Shown in pieces: positions 1 through 6,973 of a DNA stretch of 64,000 bases (position 1 is the first letter of the stretch; the number at the start of each line of letters is the position of its first letter). This DNA comes from an uncultured Chloroflexia bacterium (GTDB taxonomy: Bacteria; Chloroflexota; Limnocylindria; Limnocylindrales; CSP1-4): positions 736,001-800,000 of the forward strand of contig CAVPPB010000003.1 in NCBI GenBank assembly GCA_963707215.1, in the 5' to 3' direction. The notes under the pieces were generated by a model. It was not told the origin of the DNA, did no database searches, and saw nothing but the letters and a program-made list of their open reading frames with translations. The translations under genes were made by a program, and so were the position numbers.

Positions 1-621
1 CTCAACGCCCGACATCTCCTCTACTCCGCCGCCATGGTCCCCTGGCTCGGCGGCGTGTCCCGATCCCGCCGGGCGGTGATGGCCCACGTGCTCACCGACG
101 AGGCCTTCGCGCTCTCGATCGCCCACTTCCGGCGGATCGGGCGAGTGGACCTGGGCGGCTACTGGTGGGCCGCCATCGTCGTCACCTTCATCCCCTGGAA
201 CCTGGCAACGCTCGCCGGGGTCCTGCTGGGCGGTGCCATCGCGGACCCGAGCCAGCTCGGGATCGACGTCATCTTCCCGGCCGCCATGGCCGGGCTGGCC
301 CTGGGTCTCGCGGTCGGGCGGCGCGAGATCGTCGCGGCCGGTGCCGGGGCCGTCATCGCGGTCGTCGCCTCGCTGGCCTGGGATCCGGCCGGCGGGATCA
401 TCGTCGGCGGGATCGCCGGGCCGGCGGCCGCCATGGCCCTGCCGAGGAGCCGGACCGCCCCGATGAACCCGGTCCCGCTGGGTACCCGTGCCGTGACCGA
501 TGCCATCGACGTCGAGTCCGCCGAGGAGGCCGGGCTGGCCGGTTCCGGGGAGGGCGTCGAGGCGTCGGCCGACGGCGGTGCGGACCTCCCTCCGGACCCG
601 GAGATCGGGGTCACGCCGTGA
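1..621 (+). CDS. azlC: AzlC family branched-chain amino acid export permease (5'-truncated by window edge)
   Basis: Frame +1 is open from base 1 (LNARHLLYS...AHVLTDEAFA). Both NxRHxxY and LTDE are AzlC motifs; hydrophobic; followed by an AzlD-like gene. Confidence 0.85.
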   Translation, partial: LNARHLLYSAAMVPWLGGVSRSRRAVMAHVLTDEAFALSIAHFRRIGRVDLGGYWWAAIVVTFIPWNLATLAGVLLGGAIADPSQLGIDVIFPAAMAGLALGLAVGRREIVAAGAGAVIAVVASLAWDPAGGIIVGGIAGPAAAMALPRSRTAPMNPVPLGTRAVTDAIDVESAEEAGLAGSGEGVEASADGGADLPPDPEIGVTP

Positions 622-950
622 GCCCCGACCTTGTCCTGCTGGCCCTGCTCATGGGTGCGGTGACCTACCCGTCGCGGGCCCTGCCGATGCTGGCGCCCGG
701 TGTCGAGCGACTCCCGCCGCGGGTCCTCGAATACCTCCGCCTCGTGGGCCCCGCGGTCCTGGCGGCCCTCGCCGCGACCAGCACGATGATCGCCGTCGAC
801 GCCGATCGGCAGGCGTCGCTCCACGTCGGCATCGAGTGGCTTGCGGTGCTGGCCTGCCTGGCCGTCGTCCGCTGGCGGGGCAACCTCTTCCTGGGTCTCG
901 CGGTCGCGGTCGCCATCGCGGTGGCGGCGAGAGCGACGGGCCTGGCCTAG
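618..950 (+). CDS. azlD: AzlD domain membrane protein
   Basis: GTG start overlaps the azlC stop (GTGA). MGAVTYPSRALP and YLRLVGPAVLAAL match the AzlD pattern. Confidence 0.8.
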   Translation: MSPDLVLLALLMGAVTYPSRALPMLAPGVERLPPRVLEYLRLVGPAVLAALAATSTMIAVDADRQASLHVGIEWLAVLACLAVVRWRGNLFLGLAVAVAIAVAARATGLA

Positions 951-1831
951 GGTCTCGCTCCCGGCGGAACGGCCGGGTCCAGGATCCACGCGGCCGCCGG
1001 CCCGGGGTCGAGGTAGGCGGCATGGCCGAGCCCATCGAGCGCGACGACGGTCCGTCCACCGGCTGCGGCGAGGTGCTCCGCGATGGTCCTGAAGACCGCC
1101 ACCGACCTCGTGCCGAACGCGAACCGGATGTCGACGGACGAGGAACGCAGCGCTGGCAGGTCGGGGTGCTCGGCCGTCAGGGCGAGGTCCTCCCGCACCA
1201 GGGCCTCGGCGTTCTCGTCGCCACGGGCGGCGTACCACTCGCGGCCCGGGAGCGGCTCGAAGAGGCCCCGCGACGAGGCCCCGGGACCGGCCGCCGCCCG
1301 GCCGAGCGCGGCGACAGCACCGACCCAGTCACCGGGACGATCCGCGAGGTGGGCCGCGACGGCCTCGTCGCCGCGCCGTCGGAGGGTGGCGCCCTCGGGG
1401 ACGAGCGCGAGGTAGCCAGGCTCGAAGACCAGGGCGCGCGCCACGATCGAGGGGTGCCGGAGCGCCAGCTCGAGCGCCACGATGCCGCCGGCACTGCCCC
1501 CGAAGACGGTGGCGCTCCCGAGACCCAGGGCGGCCAGGAGCGCGGCCGCGTCGTCGGCATGGATCGCGGAAGCGCCGGTCGGCCAGCCGTCCCGTCCGCT
1601 CCGGCGGGTCCCTCGGCGGTCGTAGGTCACGACCGTCCGGCCGGGCAGCCGCTCAGCCAGCGGGCGGAGGACCTCGGCGTCCTCGTCGGCCGCCCCGACC
1701 AGGAGCACGGCTGGGCCCGTCCCCCGGATCTCGGCATAGAGGCGGGTCCCGTTGACCGCGACCTCCGCCGGACGTGGCTGCTCGGCGCCGGGCAGGGCGT
1801 CCGGGTTCGGCCCGGTCATCGGGTGGCTCAC
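947..1831 (-). CDS. alpha/beta fold hydrolase
   Basis: YAEIRGTGPAVLLV, TYDRRG, GGSAGG nucleophile elbow, C-terminal GH motif. Confidence 0.85.
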   Translation of the reverse strand: MSHPMTGPNPDALPGAEQPRPAEVAVNGTRLYAEIRGTGPAVLLVGAADEDAEVLRPLAERLPGRTVVTYDRRGTRRSGRDGWPTGASAIHADDAAALLAALGLGSATVFGGSAGGIVALELALRHPSIVARALVFEPGYLALVPEGATLRRRGDEAVAAHLADRPGDWVGAVAALGRAAAGPGASSRGLFEPLPGREWYAARGDENAEALVREDLALTAEHPDLPALRSSSVDIRFAFGTRSVAVFRTIAEHLAAAGGRTVVALDGLGHAAYLDPGPAAAWILDPAVPPGARP

Positions 1832-3021
1832 CCTGGGTTCCCGTCGGTCGAGGCCAGCAGGCTCGTCGGGTCGCTGGTCGCCAGCACCTCGGCGAGGATG
1901 GCGCCCCAGAGCATGGGCTCGTCGGCGACGAAGAGCCCGGCCGTGCCCCGGTACGGGCGCAGGTCGTCGAGCGAAGCGGCGCCACCGTCGTAGACCTCGA
2001 TGACCGTCCGGTCGCGCTCGACGACGGCCCGGTAGGCCGCCTCCACGGCCGGTGCGTCGGGGGCCGCGACCCGCCGGCCCAGCCGCAGGTACATCGCCCC
2101 GAGCGAGGTCCAGATGGCGGTGCCCTGGTAGTCCGGCACCAGGCGCCGCTGGAGCGGATCCTCCGCCTCGGGGTCGCGGCGGCTCGCGTAGCGCAGCGGC
2201 AGGGGCGCCGCCAGGCCGGCCCGACGCGCGCCGGCCAGGGCCTCGCGGAGACCGTCGTCGTCGTCGAGCGCCCCCACCTGCCAGGGCAGGACCGCGGCAT
2301 CGCCGGTCGGCTCGTCGGTGTCGGCCCGATCGACCATCGTCCCGTCGGGCCGCCGGAAGCGGGCCAGGAAGCGGTCTCGGACGTCGGCGGTGGCCGGGCT
2401 GGCGAACCAGTCCGTCTCCCGGAGGACCCGGTCCAGCAGGACGAGCATCGTGTTGTTGGCGCCGTTCGAACGGGTCCGCAGGGTGTCCCGGTGGGACGAG
2501 TAGGCCCGCTCGTCGCGGACCAGGCCGGTGCCCGGGTCGACGACCTCGAGGGCGTAGCGCCGGATCTCGGCTCGAAGCCAGTCGCCATGCCGGGCGACCA
2601 GCCGGTCCCCTTCTGGGCCGACGACCTGGAGCGAGCGGAGGACCAGGGGCAGCGAGTCGGCGCCGAGGGTCCAGACGTCCCGGGGACGGCGACCGGGGAA
2701 GATCGTCGTCGTGACCCGGCCCTCGCGTGACCAGGCGTCGAGGGCCCAGGCCAGGCTGGCGACGGCACGCTCTCCCAGGTCCAGCGTCATGAGCGAGGGC
2801 ACGGCGTAGGCGAGGTCACGGGTCCAGAGCTGGACGAAATGACCGCCGGAGGCCGCCAGGTACTCGCCCGTCCAGCAGGCTTCCACGGCGGCCCGGGCGA
2901 TGGCCCCGGCGTCCGCGCCGGGGAGCCGCCGGGGCCCGCGCAGCCGACGCCGGACGATCCGGCCGGCGGAGGTCAGGTAGCTCGGCCAGAGGGCCGGGTC
3001 GAGCTGGGCACCGAGGCTCAT
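1828..3021 (-). CDS. (alpha/alpha)6-barrel glycoside hydrolase-like protein (GH100/GH133-like motifs)
   Basis: HFVQLWTRD (WxRD) and DYQGTAIW (Y-H/Q-x-G-x-x-W-like) motifs. Start placed at ATG 3021; stop overlaps the next start. Confidence 0.55.
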   Translation of the reverse strand: MSLGAQLDPALWPSYLTSAGRIVRRRLRGPRRLPGADAGAIARAAVEACWTGEYLAASGGHFVQLWTRDLAYAVPSLMTLDLGERAVASLAWALDAWSREGRVTTTIFPGRRPRDVWTLGADSLPLVLRSLQVVGPEGDRLVARHGDWLRAEIRRYALEVVDPGTGLVRDERAYSSHRDTLRTRSNGANNTMLVLLDRVLRETDWFASPATADVRDRFLARFRRPDGTMVDRADTDEPTGDAAVLPWQVGALDDDDGLREALAGARRAGLAAPLPLRYASRRDPEAEDPLQRRLVPDYQGTAIWTSLGAMYLRLGRRVAAPDAPAVEAAYRAVVERDRTVIEVYDGGAASLDDLRPYRGTAGLFVADEPMLWGAILAEVLATSDPTSLLASTDGNPG

Positions 3022-3031
3022 CGCGTCCGAC

Positions 3032-3406
3032 TCAGCGGGCGACCCGGCGGGCGTCGACCTCGATCTCGACACGCAGTGCCGGATCGATGAGGCCGGCCAC
3101 CACGACCAGCGTGGCAGCCGGCCGGATGGCGCCGAAGGCCTCGCCGTGGACCCGGAGCACGGTCGGGATGTCGGCCGGATCGACGACGAAGACGCGTGTC
3201 CGCACGACGTCGGCTAGGGTGAAGCCGCCCTCGGCGAGTGCCCGCTCGATGATCCCGAGCGCCGCCCGGGCCTGGGTCTCCGCGTCGCCCTCGGCCCCCC
3301 CGGTCGTCCCGGCCACCCAGCAGTCGTCGCCGTCCACGACGGCCCGGCTGTAGCCGGCCGGGCCCTCCCACGGCGCGCCGCTGGAGATCCGGCCGCGCTC
3401 GGTCAT
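3032..3406 (-). CDS. RidA/YjgF family protein
   Basis: SSGAPWE..GYSRAV, VAGTT, DVVRTR, RPAAT, VEIEVDA. Confidence 0.9.
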   Translation of the reverse strand: MTERGRISSGAPWEGPAGYSRAVVDGDDCWVAGTTGGAEGDAETQARAALGIIERALAEGGFTLADVVRTRVFVVDPADIPTVLRVHGEAFGAIRPAATLVVVAGLIDPALRVEIEVDARRVAR

Positions 3407-4668
3407 GTCCGGCGCCAGGCGGCGATGACGGGATCCCGTGCGATGGCCAGGAGGAGGGCCGTGAGGAGCGTGGTCCGCGGCACGATCGAGGCGACCTCGA
3501 GGTATTCCTCGGGCGAGTGGTCCATCCCGCCGATGGGACCCAGGCCGTCGAGGCTGGGGATCCCCATGTCGGCGGTCGTGTTGGCGTCGGAGGCCCCACC
3601 GGTCGCCGTGTCGCGGAGCTCGAAGCCCAGACGGCCGGCGAGGTCGACGGCCAGCTCGACGAGCCGTCCCGACCGCTCGAGCTTCTCCATGGGCCAGTGG
3701 CGGGCCACCTCCTCGAGCTCGATCGCCACGTCGGGCACGGCGGGCGCGGCGGCAAGGTCCCCGATCGCCGACTCGACGGCCTCGAGGGACTCACGGGTGA
3801 CCGCCCGGACGTCCACCTCGAGAACGGCCCGCTCGGCCACGACGTTGGGGCGGGTCCCGCCCTCCAGGACCCCGACGTTGACGGTCACGCCCGGCCAGCG
3901 GTCGTTGAGGGCATGAAGGGCGACGGTCAGGTGGGCCCCGGCGAGGGTCGCGCTCCGGCCCTTCTCCGGCTCGACCCCGGCATGGGCGGCGCGGCCGCGG
4001 ACCGTGACCCGGAGGTGAAGGTTGCCCTTGCGCGACGAGACGATGTCGCCGTTCGCCCGGGCGCATTCGAGGACGAGGCAGGCATCGGCGCCACTGGCCA
4101 CCTCGCGGATGATCGGCGTCGAGGACGGTGACCCGATCTCCTCGTCGGGATTGGCCACGAAGACGAGCTCCCGGAACGGCAGGAGCGGGACGCCGCTCTC
4201 TTCGCCCCCGCGCGAGACGCGCAGCGTACGGACGGCGTAGAGGCCGGCCAGCAGGCCCGACTTCATGTCGGTGACGCCGGGCCCTCGGGCGATGCCGTCC
4301 TCCATGCGGAACGGACGCTCGGCCACGGTCCCCTCGGGGAAGACGGTGTCCATGTGGCCGATGAGGACCAGGCGCGGACCGGATGGGTCGCCGACGATCC
4401 GGCCGACGACCGTGCCTCCCAGTCGGCTCGCGCCATCCGGATGGCGTACGACATCGGCTCCGAGACCGGCCAGGAACGCCTCGACGAAGTCACCGACCCG
4501 GTCGACACCCTCCGGCGTGAAGCTGCCACAGTCGATGTCTACGAGCCGGGCGAGGTCATCGAGGAAGGCTGGTTCGTCGGCCCGGACCGCCGCCTCGAGC
4601 ATGGCCAGCTCGGTCGGCTCGATGCCATGGACCGGCGGCAACCCGAGGTCGATCGCGGACGCTCCCAT
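3403..4668 (-). CDS. M20 family metallopeptidase, carboxypeptidase G2-like
   Basis: GHMDTV, GPGVTDMKSG, DEEIGS, LECAR, HAGVEPEKG, GGASDAN, HSPEE zinc-ligand motifs. ATG 4668 lies 8 nt after TAGACT. Confidence 0.9.
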   Translation of the reverse strand: MGASAIDLGLPPVHGIEPTELAMLEAAVRADEPAFLDDLARLVDIDCGSFTPEGVDRVGDFVEAFLAGLGADVVRHPDGASRLGGTVVGRIVGDPSGPRLVLIGHMDTVFPEGTVAERPFRMEDGIARGPGVTDMKSGLLAGLYAVRTLRVSRGGEESGVPLLPFRELVFVANPDEEIGSPSSTPIIREVASGADACLVLECARANGDIVSSRKGNLHLRVTVRGRAAHAGVEPEKGRSATLAGAHLTVALHALNDRWPGVTVNVGVLEGGTRPNVVAERAVLEVDVRAVTRESLEAVESAIGDLAAAPAVPDVAIELEEVARHWPMEKLERSGRLVELAVDLAGRLGFELRDTATGGASDANTTADMGIPSLDGLGPIGGMDHSPEEYLEVASIVPRTTLLTALLLAIARDPVIAAWRRT

Positions 4669-4722
4669 CGGGGCCGAGTCTACGGTCTGGAGCGCCCTGC
4701 GGCTTGCTATGCTGCGCCGACC

Positions 4723-6480
4723 GTGCGACTCGTCGAGATCCGCCTCCTCGAGGGGCCGAACGTCTACCGTCTGGACCCGACGGTCAAGATCGAGGTCGGC
4801 GTGGGGCGTCGGCGGACCTGGCGCGGGGACCGGACCGGCTCCCCGGGCGCCGGGCCGCGCCTGGGAGAGGTCGCCCCGACCCGTGACCTGCCCGACGAGG
4901 TGGTCGAGCTGGTGGCCTGGTGTCGGCGGCTCCGGACCGACGCGGGCGATGGCGTGGGCGGCGTGGCAGCGCACCGGGCTGCCGACCCGGGGCACTGGGT
5001 CGTGAGCTTCCCCTGGGCCGGGGCCGAGCGTGCCCGGGCGATCGCCGAAGCGGCCGTGGACCTGGTCGCCGCCGGCGTCGCCACCGGCCGCCGGGCCGTC
5101 CCGACCGGCGCCCAGGCCCGTCGGCTGGCGCGCTGGCAGGCGCGCATCGCGGATGCCCGGACGAGCCCGCCCGGCTGGTTCCGCGATGAGGACCGGCGGA
5201 TGCCGATCGTCTCGATCAGCGGCACGAACGGCAAGTCGACCGTCAGCCGGCTGATCGCCCACATCCTCCGCGGCTCCGGCCGGCGGGTCGGGATGACGAC
5301 CTCGGACGGCGTCTACGTGGGCGAGCGGCTCGTTGAGCCGGGTGACTGGACCGGGCCCGGCGGCGCCGCGATGCTCCTCTCGCGCTCCGACCTCGACCTG
5401 GCCGTGCTGGAGACCGCCCGCGGCGGCATCCTGCTTCGGGGTGTCGGCTACGAGTCGAACGACGCCAGCGTCCTCACGAACGTCGCCTCGGACCACCTCG
5501 ACCTCCAGGGCATCCATACGCTCGCCGAGCTCGCCGACGTCAAGGCCACCATCTGCCGGATCACCCGGCCCGACGGTTGGGTCGTCCTCAACGCCGACGA
5601 CCCGCTGGTCGCCGCGGTGGCCCGCCGGGTCACCGCCAGGGTCGCCCTCTTCTCGCTCCAGGGCGAGCGCTCCGGGCGGATCCGCCGCCACGTCGCCCGG
5701 GGCGGCCGCGCCTACCTGGTGATCGACGGGGCGATCGTCGAGGTGGAGAGCGGTGCGACACGGGCGATCGCCGGCGTCCGGGAACTGCCCATCGCCCTGG
5801 GCGGGCTGGCCCGCTACAACGTCGCCAATGCGCTCGCGGCCGCAGGCGGGGCTCGGGCGCTCGGAGCCACGCTCGATGAGGTCACCGAGGGCCTCCGGTC
5901 CTTCGAACCGTCGACCGATCGCTCCCCTGGCCGCCTCAACCTGTTCCGGCTCGGGTCGCGGGTCGTCCTCGTCGACTTCGCCCACAACGAGGCGGGCGTC
6001 GAGGCGATCCTCGAGGTGGCCGCCGAGATCGCCGGCGGGGCTGCCGGCCGAGCGTCGCCGATCACCGCCATCGTCGGGACCGCCGGCGACCGACCCGAGG
6101 ACAGCCTGATCGCCATCGGACGGGTCGCCGCCGAGCGGGCCGACCGGGTCGTGATCAAGGAGACCCTCGGCTACCTCCGCGGCAGGGAGCGCGGGGAGAT
6201 CGTCGCCCGTCTGCTGGACGGGGTGGCTGCCGGCGGTGGGGATCCGGACGCGGTGCCCGTCTACGTATCGGAGACGGCCGCCCTGCGATCGGAGCTGGCC
6301 CGCGCCGACGAGACCAGCGACGGCCGGCGCCAGCTCTCGGGCATCCTGGTCCTTCTCTGTCACGAGGAGCGTCCGGAGGTCCTGGGGCTCCTGGGCGAGC
6401 TCGGAGCCCGCGAGCTCGACGTGATGGCCGAGCTGCAGGACCTGGCGCCCAGGCTCGGAGATCGGTCCCGACACGACTGA
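4723..6480 (+). CDS. Cyanophycin synthetase-like Mur ligase (CphA N-domain + M-domain, lacking the ATP-grasp G domain)
   Basis: N-terminus VRLVEIRLLEGPNVY parallels CphA LRILETRVLRGANYW. Then ISGTNGKST, GMTTSDG, GDWTGP, ETARGGIL, TNVASDHL, VLNADDP, PGRLN, DFAHN. No ATP-grasp motifs. Confidence 0.85.
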   Translation: MRLVEIRLLEGPNVYRLDPTVKIEVGVGRRRTWRGDRTGSPGAGPRLGEVAPTRDLPDEVVELVAWCRRLRTDAGDGVGGVAAHRAADPGHWVVSFPWAGAERARAIAEAAVDLVAAGVATGRRAVPTGAQARRLARWQARIADARTSPPGWFRDEDRRMPIVSISGTNGKSTVSRLIAHILRGSGRRVGMTTSDGVYVGERLVEPGDWTGPGGAAMLLSRSDLDLAVLETARGGILLRGVGYESNDASVLTNVASDHLDLQGIHTLAELADVKATICRITRPDGWVVLNADDPLVAAVARRVTARVALFSLQGERSGRIRRHVARGGRAYLVIDGAIVEVESGATRAIAGVRELPIALGGLARYNVANALAAAGGARALGATLDEVTEGLRSFEPSTDRSPGRLNLFRLGSRVVLVDFAHNEAGVEAILEVAAEIAGGAAGRASPITAIVGTAGDRPEDSLIAIGRVAAERADRVVIKETLGYLRGRERGEIVARLLDGVAAGGGDPDAVPVYVSETAALRSELARADETSDGRRQLSGILVLLCHEERPEVLGLLGELGARELDVMAELQDLAPRLGDRSRHD

Positions 6481-6571
6481 CACCCGTCCGGGCAGCAGCC
6501 ACGCGCGCCGATCAGGCGCGCGCGGGCGGCCCCCGGGCCGACCGCGGCCCGGGTCGTTCAGGTACGCGTGA

Positions 6572-6973
6572 TCAGCCGGGCACCCGGCGGCGACCGCGGA
6601 GCATCCGAAGATGGCCCAGGAGCCCGATCAGAAGGATCGCCGTCGACCAGACGGGCAGCGTCCGGGCGACCGGGTCGGGCAGGAAGATGTCGGACACCCG
6701 CCCGTCGTCGGCGCCGAGATCCTCGGCGACCCCGGTCAGGGGACAGCGACCGCGGTTCGCCAGGAACACCCCGATCTCGACGGCGACGAGGCCGGCCGCG
6801 ACGGCTGTCGCCCGATCGAAGCGGCCACGAAGGCCGTCCCAGGTGAACCGAAGGATCGACCCGAGCAGCACGACGAAGATCGCGGAGTGGACGGTCTTGA
6901 TGGCGAAGAGCGCGATGCCCCGCGCCATTCCAGCGGCCCGCTGTCCCGTCTCCATCGCCGACTCGCTGGCCAT
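6572..6973 (-). CDS. small membrane protein with CPLT motif (DUF2784-like)
   Basis: Three hydrophobic segments, IKTVH and GRCPLT..AE motifs. ATG overlaps the cphA stop by 1 nt. Confidence 0.7.
   Translation of the reverse strand: MASESAMETGQRAAGMARGIALFAIKTVHSAIFVVLLGSILRFTWDGLRGRFDRATAVAAGLVAVEIGVFLANRGRCPLTGVAEDLGADDGRVSDIFLPDPVARTLPVWSTAILLIGLLGHLRMLRGRRRVPG

Noticed and set aside
3403-6483. 1026-aa minus-strand ORF as one large M20 fusion
   Set aside because: The first ~600 aa are the antisense shadow of the plus-strand CphA-like gene; the real start is near 4668.
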